A stretch of DNA of 26,226 nt, from the NCBI GenBank assembly GCA_038217285.1, contig JBBQPO010000054.1, positions 1-26,226 on the forward strand. Reading direction: 5' to 3'. The DNA comes from Chthonomonadales bacterium (GTDB taxonomy: Bacteria > Armatimonadota > Chthonomonadetes > Chthonomonadales > Chthonomonadaceae). The first letter of the stretch is position 1. Every line of letters begins with the position of its first letter. The notes under the pieces were generated by a model. It saw only the letters and a list, made by a program, of their open reading frames with translations. It searched no databases and had not been told where the DNA came from. Shown here in pieces: positions 17,286 through 25,466 of the stretch. Both the position numbers and the translations under genes were made by a program.

Positions 17286-17921
17286 ATGCGTGTTTCTCTG
17301 CCCTTCGCCTGGCCGAACGTACCGATTTCCTGGCGAATCACGTTTCTCCTGTCGGCATGTCTCTTGCTGGCCGCCCGCCCCACTCCGGCGCAGTCCCATC
17401 TCCACGGACCAAGCACCGTGAAAACGAGCCCTAACCTCACGATGGTCATCGCGAAGCGCGGCACCATCGTCATCGAACTCTATCCGAATGCGGCTCCAAA
17501 GACAGTGGCGCATATCCTCAATCTGGTCAACAAGAAATTTTACGATGGCCTGCTCTTCCATCGAGTCATCTCGGAATTTATGGCCCAGACCGGCGATCCG
17601 AAATCAAGACGTGTCGATGGCGCCAAGCTGCACGGTCTTTCGGATCTCCAGGTTTCCGAGAAGTTCGGGCTGGGCAACGGTGGCTCCGGGAAGACCGTGC
17701 TGCTGGAGCCGAAACTTTCGCATGAGCGCGGCACCGTCGGGCTGGCCCGCTCGCAAGGCATCGACAGCGGCGACAGTCAGTTCTTTTTCAACCTCAAAGC
17801 CAATCATCACCTGGACGTTGTCTACTGTGTCTTCGGCAAGGTTATCACCGGCCTGGACGTTATGGACAAGATCCAACTGGGCGACCGCATTACCTCCTTG
17901 CGCGTCACCAAAGGCAAATAG
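17286..17921 (+). CDS. Cyclophilin-type peptidyl-prolyl cis-trans isomerase, secreted
   Basis: GTIVIELYPNAAPKTV, FYDGLLFHRVISEFMAQTGDP, HERGTVGLARS, SGDSQFFF, YCVFGKV. ATG 17286 follows AAGGAG; signal-peptide-like segment. Confidence 0.9.
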   Translation: MRVSLPFAWPNVPISWRITFLLSACLLLAARPTPAQSHLHGPSTVKTSPNLTMVIAKRGTIVIELYPNAAPKTVAHILNLVNKKFYDGLLFHRVISEFMAQTGDPKSRRVDGAKLHGLSDLQVSEKFGLGNGGSGKTVLLEPKLSHERGTVGLARSQGIDSGDSQFFFNLKANHHLDVVYCVFGKVITGLDVMDKIQLGDRITSLRVTKGK

Positions 17922-17930
17922 TCCCTCCCT

Positions 17931-20171
17931 ATGAAAACACGCATTTTTCGCCTGCTCTCTCTCTGCTTCTGCCTCTGGCTCGGCGCCGGGCGCGGCGGCG
18001 CAGACGTTCGACCGGAGTTGCGTGCCTTCTGGGCGGACGGCTTCAACGTCGCCTTCAAGACCCCGCAACAGGTGGAGGATCTCCTTAAACGCCTGCACGA
18101 CGCCCACTGCAACGCGATCTTCGCGCAGGTTCGGAAGGGCGGCGACGCTTACTATGCCTCGCACTACGAGCCCTGGGCCAAAGACGATCAGACGCACTTC
18201 GACGCCCTGGCGTATCTCATCGCCCATGCCCATGCCATGACGCCGCGCATCGCCGTACACGCCTGGATCAACACCTGCGCGGTCGGCGGGAATGCGGCGA
18301 ATCCGTTCAACATCGTCGCGCTGCATCCGGACTGGCTCTCGATGAATCCTGACGGTAAGGACTTCGACGGAGAAGCCACGAAGATCGATCCCGGCCAGCC
18401 CGGCGCGGCCGACTGGACCTTTCGCATCTATCTCGATGTAGCCCGGCACTACGATGTCGATGGCATTCACTTCGATTTCGTGCGCTACGGCGGCAAGGAG
18501 TGGGGTTATAACCCTGTGAGTGTGGCGCGCTTTCAGCAGCAGCGGGGCGATCAAAGTGGCATCAAACGGATCGAGGGTTCGGAACTGCCCGATCCGACGG
18601 ACGAGATCTGGAAGCAGTGGCGGCGCGACCAGGTGACCAACATCGTGCGGAAGGTCTATGTCCATGCCGCCAAAGTCAACCCCAAGGTCGTCGTCTCGGC
18701 CGCCGTGATCACCTGGGGGGACGGCCCGCGCACGGAGCAGGCCTGGTATACCAATACCGCCGCGATGCACCGCACTATGCAGGACTGGCGCGGCTGGCTC
18801 CAGGAAGGAATGATCGACCTCGCCTGCCCTATGACCTATTTCCAGGCCGACAACCACCTGGACTGGCAGCGCCACTGGAGCGAATATATCAAGAATCACC
18901 AGTATCATCGCGCGGCAACGGTCGCGGTCGGGAACTGGTTCAACACGATTCCCCAGAACCTTGAGATGATCGAGATCTGCCGTTCAAAGAGCGCGAAGGG
19001 CAAGCTCCCCTATGGCGTCATGCTCTACTCCTACGCGGGCACAAACGCGAGCGAAGAGAAGGATACGAAAGGCAAGCGCAAGGAGCTGGACTACCAGCCC
19101 GACTTTTACGCGGCGCTTTCGCAGCCGACGTCGTCAGCGCCCTTTCCCACCGATGCGCCTCTGCCGCCCATGCCGTGGAAGGAGAAGCCGCAGACGGGGA
19201 TCGTCAAAGGCTTCCTTCTCACGCCCGACCTCACCCCAGTGGACGGCGCCGCCGTCACCGTGCGCGGGCATGGCAAAAAGATCACGCATCTGGCCGACGG
19301 CACCGGCTTCTTCGCGTTCATCGATCTTCGGCCCGGAGAGTATACGCTGCAAGTCTCCGCGCGGGGCTACGAAAAACAGCAGATCAAGGCGACCATCAAA
19401 GCAGGCGAGGTCACGACGCAACTCTTTACGATGGGCCGACCGTCCCTTCCGTTGACGGCCTCTCTGAACGCGTTGGTTGGCGCGACGCCTGCCGCTGCTC
19501 TCAATGGAACCCCTGTTCGCTTGCAGAACCTGCTGGTCGTTCTGGGAACAGACACCTTCCCCGGCAATCTCTACGTGCAGGACGGACATAGCCTCTCCGT
19601 GCGTGTGCGCCTCGCCTCCCCACCGCTGACTCCTTTCCAGCCGGGCGACATCGTGGCCGTGAATGGAACGCTGCACACCGTCGAGAACGAGCCGACGATC
19701 GATCATGCCGTGGTCTGCCTCACCGACATCGCGCCGTCCGCCGATCTGCCCGCCGCTGTCTCGTATCAGAAGGCCCGCCAGTCGGCGTCTCTCCCTCCCA
19801 CGGGCACTCTCTTCGACCTGACAGGGCGCGTCGTCGAGAAAGGAGCGGACGGGTTTGTCGTGGAGAGCGAAGGAATACGCATCCTGGTTCCCACCGTCGG
19901 CCGCAAGACATTTGGGGTCGAGGCCACGACCTTTCCACTGCCAGCGTTCGAACCCGGCTACAATGTGGCGCTTACCGGTCTGCTGATCACCACGCTCATC
20001 AAGGACGATAAGCCGACGTCCCTGCTGCGTCTCTGCGCACCTGATTCCATGAAGATTCTGCCGGCCACCGCCTTCTGGAGTGATCCCAAAGTGCGCGAGG
20101 TGGCACTCGCCACCTTTCGCCCTGCTGCTGCTCGGCCTGCTGGTTCTAAAACGCAGAAAACAAATCCGTGA
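17931..20171 (+). CDS. GHL10 (DUF187) glycoside hydrolase with carboxypeptidase-regulatory-like and probable OB-fold accessory domains
   Basis: Signal peptide; [59 protein letters not shown]. Then [34 protein letters not shown], and [14 protein letters not shown]. Confidence 0.85.
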   Translation: MKTRIFRLLSLCFCLWLGAGRGGADVRPELRAFWADGFNVAFKTPQQVEDLLKRLHDAHCNAIFAQVRKGGDAYYASHYEPWAKDDQTHFDALAYLIAHAHAMTPRIAVHAWINTCAVGGNAANPFNIVALHPDWLSMNPDGKDFDGEATKIDPGQPGAADWTFRIYLDVARHYDVDGIHFDFVRYGGKEWGYNPVSVARFQQQRGDQSGIKRIEGSELPDPTDEIWKQWRRDQVTNIVRKVYVHAAKVNPKVVVSAAVITWGDGPRTEQAWYTNTAAMHRTMQDWRGWLQEGMIDLACPMTYFQADNHLDWQRHWSEYIKNHQYHRAATVAVGNWFNTIPQNLEMIEICRSKSAKGKLPYGVMLYSYAGTNASEEKDTKGKRKELDYQPDFYAALSQPTSSAPFPTDAPLPPMPWKEKPQTGIVKGFLLTPDLTPVDGAAVTVRGHGKKITHLADGTGFFAFIDLRPGEYTLQVSARGYEKQQIKATIKAGEVTTQLFTMGRPSLPLTASLNALVGATPAAALNGTPVRLQNLLVVLGTDTFPGNLYVQDGHSLSVRVRLASPPLTPFQPGDIVAVNGTLHTVENEPTIDHAVVCLTDIAPSADLPAAVSYQKARQSASLPPTGTLFDLTGRVVEKGADGFVVESEGIRILVPTVGRKTFGVEATTFPLPAFEPGYNVALTGLLITTLIKDDKPTSLLRLCAPDSMKILPATAFWSDPKVREVALATFRPAAARPAGSKTQKTNP

Positions 20172-20808
20172 ACGAGTTTGATGCCGTTGTCATCGGTGCA
20201 GGACATAACGGCCTTATCGCCGCCGCCTACCTGGCACGCGCCAACCAGCGTGTGCTGGTTCTGGAGCGCCGACAGATCGTCGGCGGCGAACCATCCATCT
20301 CGGCCCCGATATGGCCTATCTGGAGAGAGCCTGGGAAGAGGCCCGCAACGGCTACCCTTCCACCGAACCGATGATCGAGATGTACGTGCAGACAGCAACC
20401 GATTCGAGCCTCACCCCACCCGGCAAGCATATCCTGTCGCTCTTCGTCCAGTACTTCCCCTACAACCTCGCTCCCGGTCTGGATCTTGATACGGAACGCG
20501 AACGCTTCGCCGACCGCGTCATCGCGCTGGTGGCGCAGTACGCGCCCAACGTTCCCGCCTCGATCCTGCACCGTCAGGTGCTGACGCCGCGCGATCTGGA
20601 AGCGCGATTCGGTCTGACGGGATGCCATATTTTCCACGGCGACCTGCTCCCACCCAACCTCTGGAGCCAGCGCCCCGCTGCAGGCTTCTTCGGCGCGACG
20701 ACTCCCCTCCCCGGCCTCTACCTCTGCGGCTCCGGCGCGCATCCCGGCGGCTGCGTCTGCGGCGCCCCCGGCTACAACGCCGCTCAAACGGTGCTTACTC
20801 AACGTTAG
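20168..20808 (+). pseudogene. Phytoene dehydrogenase-like (PYROXD2-type) FAD oxidoreductase with large internal deletion and frameshift
   Basis: The first 40 codons are an intact FAD-binding start ([32 protein letters not shown]). They join out of frame at about 20288 to the family C-terminus ([58 protein letters not shown]). Confidence 0.8.
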
Positions 20809-20858
20809 GCCGCGCGGCACGTTCCCATTCCTGACCTGTGTTCGGGTATCATGACACT

Positions 20859-21968
20859 ATGATCAAACGTCTCTATGTAAATAATTTCCGATGTTTGGAG
20901 AACTTCGAACTCCCTATCTCCGAACGCCCGTCCACACTTCTGTTCGGAAGGAACGGATCGGGCAAATCCACGGTAGGCGTTGTCTTGGAAGTGTTCCAGA
21001 GTATCGCCAACGGAACCAATCGGGTAGGCCAACTTGTACGGTTGTCAGACTTCGCACAGGAACGATCAGACACTCCAATCCGCTTTGAAATCGAGGTCGT
21101 AATTGGAGGTAAGGTCTATGGATATGTCCTTGCTTTCGAGCGGCCTGACGGATTCAAAGAGATGAGGGTTTTCGAAGAAAAGTTTACAGTGGGCGGTAAA
21201 ACCGTCTATTCACGTGAGGGAGCTCAAGTACAACTCGCTGGGATGAACAAAGCGAAGGCAGCAAATTTCCAGGTTGATTGGCATCTCGTGGCACTCCCCG
21301 TGATTCAAGAGCAGTCTAAGACAGATCCACTCTATATCTTCAAGACATGGCTCGCCCGGATGCTGATTCTTGCGCCAATTCCTAGCCTGATAACGGGAGA
21401 TTCCAAGGGCGAAACACTGACCCCTAAGCGCGACGTCACAGATTTCGGAGAGTGGTTTACGGGCCTCCTGGCGTACTCTCCAGGAGCCTATACGAAAATC
21501 GACAGCTACCTGAGAGAAGTCATGCTCGACTTTAAGGATATAAAGAATCCCTCTAGCGGGACCGACTCCCGAAGCCTCACGGCCCAGTTCCAACAAGACC
21601 GAGCCTCTATCAGTCTTCCTTTCCGCAATCTGTCGGATGGTGAAAAATGTTTCTTTATTTGTGCCGTTACTCTCGCCGCCAATGAAGCGTATGGACCGAT
21701 ATTCTGTTTCTGGGATGAACCCGATAACTACCTCGCGCTCTCAGAGGTGGGTCATTTCGTGATGGCACTTCGCCGTGCATTTCAAAACGGGGGACAACTG
21801 TTAATCACCTCACATAACCCTGAAGCAGTCCGCAAGTTCTCCGATGAGAACACCTTGATAATGAAAAGACCCAGCCATCTAGAACCCACTATTGTTCGTA
21901 TGCTGAGTGATATACAGGTTCAAGGCGATCTTGTAGATGCCTTGATCCGCGATGATGTGGAGCCATAA
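20859..21968 (+). CDS. Soluble ABC-type ATPase (AAA_21 / AbiEii-like family)
   Basis: Family start IKRLYVNNFRCL, Walker A GRNGSGKST, signature LSDGEK, Walker B/D-loop CFWDEPDNYL, H-loop LLITSHNP. No TM segments. Confidence 0.9.
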   Translation: MIKRLYVNNFRCLENFELPISERPSTLLFGRNGSGKSTVGVVLEVFQSIANGTNRVGQLVRLSDFAQERSDTPIRFEIEVVIGGKVYGYVLAFERPDGFKEMRVFEEKFTVGGKTVYSREGAQVQLAGMNKAKAANFQVDWHLVALPVIQEQSKTDPLYIFKTWLARMLILAPIPSLITGDSKGETLTPKRDVTDFGEWFTGLLAYSPGAYTKIDSYLREVMLDFKDIKNPSSGTDSRSLTAQFQQDRASISLPFRNLSDGEKCFFICAVTLAANEAYGPIFCFWDEPDNYLALSEVGHFVMALRRAFQNGGQLLITSHNPEAVRKFSDENTLIMKRPSHLEPTIVRMLSDIQVQGDLVDALIRDDVEP

Positions 21969-21970
21969 GC

Positions 21971-22450
21971 GTGAACAAATATGTGCCACATGTACTCGTT
22001 CTATGCGAGGACGATGCAAACCGTCAAATTGTAAACGGGTTCCTGCTGGACCCTTTGCTGAATCCGAGAAATATCCACGTCTTGGGGCTGGCCGGTGGAT
22101 GGCGGCGCGTTCTGGACGACTTTACAAATCTACACCGTGATGCGATGTCGGCAAATCAGAACCAATACATGGTCTTGCTCATTGATTTCGATGAGGTCGA
22201 GAATCGACTTGCAAAGGTAAAAGAGGTCATTCCACCTAATCTTGCAGAGCGCGTATTTGTACTCGGAGCGTCTAAAGAACCCGAGGAATTGCGGACAGAG
22301 GGCCTTGGCACCTGGGAAGTCATCGGTCAAAACCTTGCCAGGGATTGCCGAGAGAATACGTCTGTCACATGGAGCCATAGACTGCTGAGGCACAATGCGG
22401 AAGAGCTAAAACGAATGACGCCAATTCTCAAACCTATTCTGTTTCGGTAA
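21971..22450 (+). CDS. Small TOPRIM-like protein (putative OLD/RloB/DUF4276-type nuclease effector)
   Basis: 159 aa. First strand ends in a conserved Glu (VLVLCED), then a GG loop (LAGGW), DxD after a hydrophobic strand (VLLIDFD) and a later acidic motif (EPEE). GTG start 2 nt after the ATPase stop. Confidence 0.65.
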   Translation: MNKYVPHVLVLCEDDANRQIVNGFLLDPLLNPRNIHVLGLAGGWRRVLDDFTNLHRDAMSANQNQYMVLLIDFDEVENRLAKVKEVIPPNLAERVFVLGASKEPEELRTEGLGTWEVIGQNLARDCRENTSVTWSHRLLRHNAEELKRMTPILKPILFR

Positions 22451-22542
22451 GAGCAAAGGATATATTCCTGATCCTGGCGAACCGTCTGCTAATCGAGAAT
22501 GTCCAGGGATGGAATGGCGAAAGTCGGCGGAGGGATGCGAAT

Positions 22543-25452
22543 ATGGTCGGAGCGGTAGCAACGGCGGCAAAAACATTGGAAGCGGCGAGACGCCTGCAGA
22601 CGCGGGCGCGTCTGACCACGCAGATGTTCGCGGTTCTGTGGCGAGGCGGCTTCGTTCTGCTCTTGGCTTTCGCGCTAGATATGGTCTGGCCCTGGCCTCT
22701 GTTGTTGCGCGAGCTGTTTATGATCGCCTGGGTCGGCGGGATCGGCTTCGGGTTGGGGCGCTCCTGGCGACAGGAACAGCGGGCCAGACCGCGCGAGGAG
22801 CAGGTCGCGCGGGAGATCGAGGCGCTACATCCCGGCCTCGACAACGCCTTGATTCATGCCGTTCAGTTCGGCTCCCAGCCGACACTGACCGGAACGCAGG
22901 CCGACCTTATTCGGCGTGAGTTGGCGCGCGCCGAGCGCGAGACCGCGCATCTCTCTCCGCAGGCCGGTGTCGCCCGCGCTCCCATGCAGCGTCAGCGCCT
23001 CGGCTTTGTGCTGGTCGGCGGGTTTATGCTGCTGACCGCTCTGCTCATACCCCGCGCCTATCGGTTTGAACTGCCGCGCTTCTTCGCACCCTGGCTCGAT
23101 ACGCCCCCCTTTACGCTGACCGATTTCGACGTCTCGCCTGCCGGAGCCGTCGTGCGTTCGGGGGAGAGTCTGGTCGTGAGCGTCAAGGTGGGGGGATGGC
23201 TGCCGCATCGGCTGGAGTTGATGACCGGCAACGGCAAGACCCTCCAGCCGACGACGATGACCGCCACAGGAGACGGAACCTACGTCGCACAACTCGACCG
23301 CCTTACCCAGGACACCGCCTACTATGTCTCCGCCGATACCGGCCGCAGTCCGCGGTATCTCATCCACGTCAACACCGCACCGCAACTGCACAAACTGACT
23401 GTGACGATGCATCCGCCCACCTACGCCAAACAGCCCGACAAGACGGTTGAGTTGACCCCAGAGAGCGAAATCTCCGGCCTGTCGAATACGCAGGTCGATG
23501 TCAGTGTCGAGAGCGACCGGCCGCTCACCGAGGCCCGGCTCGACCTTGATCGGCAGGGCATGCCACCGCTGCATCTTCCTCTCGCGCCGCAGACGGGAGA
23601 CCCTACCCGCGCGACCGGAAGTTTTCGTATCGAGCGCGATGGCGACTTTCGGATCCATCTCACGGGCGTTCAGGCCGAAGGCAGCCTGCAGACGCCCGAT
23701 GCCGCGAAGGGCAAGATCAACCTCGTGCGCGATGAGACGCCTCTGGTCACCATCGTCACGCCGGGGCAGAACGTCATCGCGAAGCCGGACATGACCGTGC
23801 CGCTGAAAGTCGAAGCGGAAGACGACATCGCCCTGCAGCGCCTGGAGATACATCGAGTTATCAACAAAGGACACGAGCAGACGGAGACCATCGACCTACC
23901 CACGCGTCCCCGGCAGTATGTCCATGCGGGCCGCTTCGACTTGAAGGCGATGCACGCGAAACCGGGCGACGTTATCGAGTACTATGCCACCGCCTACGAC
24001 AACGATCCGCAGGGCGTCCATAACACCAGTTCGGATCGGTACTGGATCTGGGTCGTCTCGGCCGAGGACTATCGGAAGGTGCTGGAGCAGCAGCGCGGCC
24101 CCAGTCAGATGATCGCGCAGTATCGACAGTTGACCGACGCCCTACAGCAGTTGAGCGACCAGCAAGCCGAGCTTGCGCGTCAGATGGCGGCTCTGGCGGA
24201 GCAGGCAAAGCGCCTCGCCCCCAGTGATAAAAAAGGACAGGCCGCGGTGCAGAAGCAGGTGGAGGCCCTGCGTCGCCAGCAGCAGGCGCTTCAGGAACAG
24301 GCGAAACAACTGGCGCAGCAGATGCACGATCTGGCCCGACAGAAGCCGCAGTACGATGTCGAAAAGGGTCTGCAACAGAAGATGGAGGAGATGGCGCAGG
24401 CCGTCGAGCAGGCGCAGAAGCAGATGCAGTCGGCGCAGAAGGCGAACTCTCCCGCCTCGATGTCGAAAGCGGCCCAGGCAGCGGCCCAAAAACTGAAGCA
24501 GGCCGCCGGTACGCAGGCGCCGGCCACCGAGAAGATGCTGCAGGCGCTGGAGAAGGTCCAACCGCTCTACAACGACCTGGACCGGCTCCAGGCGCTGACC
24601 GAAGAGCAGACGCACCTGGCGCAGCAGGCAGAGCAGTTGCAGAAGAGCGGCAAGCCCGACGATCCGTTCACGCAGTCCCGTCTGAAATCGCTGGCCGAAC
24701 AGCAGGCGCAGAACCACGACGAGCTGAACCAGATCCAGCAGGATCTGCGCGAACATGCCGCAGCCGCCCAGTCAGTCGCGCCCGAGGCGGCGCAGACTGC
24801 CAACCAGATTGCGGATGCAATCGGCGAGATGAGCATCCCGCAGAAGATGCAGAGCGCACAGCAGTCCCTCCAACAGCACGATGCGAAGGAGGGCGCGAAT
24901 CAGGCCGAAGCGGCGCGGCAGGCCCTCGAAAGCCTGCTGGCGAAGCTGAAACAGGGTCAGGGCCAGTGCAACGGCGCCTGTGACAAGATCGGTCTGGGCC
25001 TAGGCATGAAACCAGGCATGGGCAAGTCTCTGGCGCAGATGGGCAAGCGCCCAGGACAGGGACGCGGCAGAGGGCGCGGACAGGGTCAAGGCCAGGGCCA
25101 GGGCAATGGAGAAGGCCAGGGACAGAGTGCGTCGAACGGCTATCAGGCTCCGCAGCCCGGTTCGCGCCCCGGCGACCCGAGCCGCAGCGGTTCGCAGAAT
25201 GGCGACGCGCAGGAGGCTACCGCGATGTCGCTCACACCGCAGGCTGTCTCCGGAAGCCGTCCGAAACCAGAGAGCAAGGGCGGTCCCCGCGCCCAGCCTC
25301 TCGCGCAGTTCAGCAAGGACAACACCGAGAAGCCGGATCCGGCTTCCCCGAAGCCGCCCACACGGGCGACCGACAAAGAAGCCGCCCGGTATCCGGCCGA
25401 ATACCGCCGCCTCGTCCGCGACTACTTCAAATCCGTCGCGGGCCAGAAATAG
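22543..25452 (+). CDS. DUF4175-like large membrane protein (TM segments, Ig-like domains, long coiled coil, Gly/Gln-rich tail)
   Basis: 969 aa. Three hydrophobic segments with IEALHPGLDNAL, PPTYA, DETPLVTIVTP..AEDDIAL..PGDVIEYYATAYD, a long Q/A/E-rich helical region, and C-terminal YPAEYRRLVRDYF. Confidence 0.75.
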   Translation: MVGAVATAAKTLEAARRLQTRARLTTQMFAVLWRGGFVLLLAFALDMVWPWPLLLRELFMIAWVGGIGFGLGRSWRQEQRARPREEQVAREIEALHPGLDNALIHAVQFGSQPTLTGTQADLIRRELARAERETAHLSPQAGVARAPMQRQRLGFVLVGGFMLLTALLIPRAYRFELPRFFAPWLDTPPFTLTDFDVSPAGAVVRSGESLVVSVKVGGWLPHRLELMTGNGKTLQPTTMTATGDGTYVAQLDRLTQDTAYYVSADTGRSPRYLIHVNTAPQLHKLTVTMHPPTYAKQPDKTVELTPESEISGLSNTQVDVSVESDRPLTEARLDLDRQGMPPLHLPLAPQTGDPTRATGSFRIERDGDFRIHLTGVQAEGSLQTPDAAKGKINLVRDETPLVTIVTPGQNVIAKPDMTVPLKVEAEDDIALQRLEIHRVINKGHEQTETIDLPTRPRQYVHAGRFDLKAMHAKPGDVIEYYATAYDNDPQGVHNTSSDRYWIWVVSAEDYRKVLEQQRGPSQMIAQYRQLTDALQQLSDQQAELARQMAALAEQAKRLAPSDKKGQAAVQKQVEALRRQQQALQEQAKQLAQQMHDLARQKPQYDVEKGLQQKMEEMAQAVEQAQKQMQSAQKANSPASMSKAAQAAAQKLKQAAGTQAPATEKMLQALEKVQPLYNDLDRLQALTEEQTHLAQQAEQLQKSGKPDDPFTQSRLKSLAEQQAQNHDELNQIQQDLREHAAAAQSVAPEAAQTANQIADAIGEMSIPQKMQSAQQSLQQHDAKEGANQAEAARQALESLLAKLKQGQGQCNGACDKIGLGLGMKPGMGKSLAQMGKRPGQGRGRGRGQGQGQGQGNGEGQGQSASNGYQAPQPGSRPGDPSRSGSQNGDAQEATAMSLTPQAVSGSRPKPESKGGPRAQPLAQFSKDNTEKPDPASPKPPTRATDKEAARYPAEYRRLVRDYFKSVAGQK
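25054..25130 (+). repeat. Low-complexity coding repeat (Gly-X)n
   Basis: Degenerate GGNCAG/GGNCGC hexamers encoding GQGRGRGRGQGQGQGQGNGEGQGQ. Confidence 0.6.
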
Positions 25453-25466
25453 AGTAAGGAGAAGCC

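Larger units (their letters stand above)
20827..22476. mobile_element. Putative horizontally acquired low-GC two-gene cassette bounded by a short direct repeat
   Basis: ATTCCTGA-CCTG (20827-20838) and ATTCCTGATCCTG (22464-22476) flank the two genes. Hand-counted 60-nt lines give 28/60 (21121) and 26/60 (22201) GC, against 46/60 (20701) and 38/60 (23761) outside. No recombinase encoded. Confidence 0.5.

Noticed and set aside
20280-20312. Programmed frameshift or intron/intein explanation for the split oxidoreductase
   Set aside because: No slippery sequence at the junction. Sequence is missing rather than inserted, so recoding could not restore a full enzyme.
20804-20810. GTTAGGC, a perfect integron core site (GTTRRRY), just upstream of the low-GC cassette
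   Set aside because: No matching RYYYAAC or attC-like hairpin after the second gene (22451-22542) and no integrase in the window. The heptamer includes the oxidoreductase stop codon and is likely chance.
24100-25130. Repetitive CAG-rich sequence as a possible CRISPR or tandem array
   Set aside because: No fixed repeat with unique spacers. It is explained by Gln/Ala-rich coiled-coil and Gly-Gln coding in the DUF4175-like gene.
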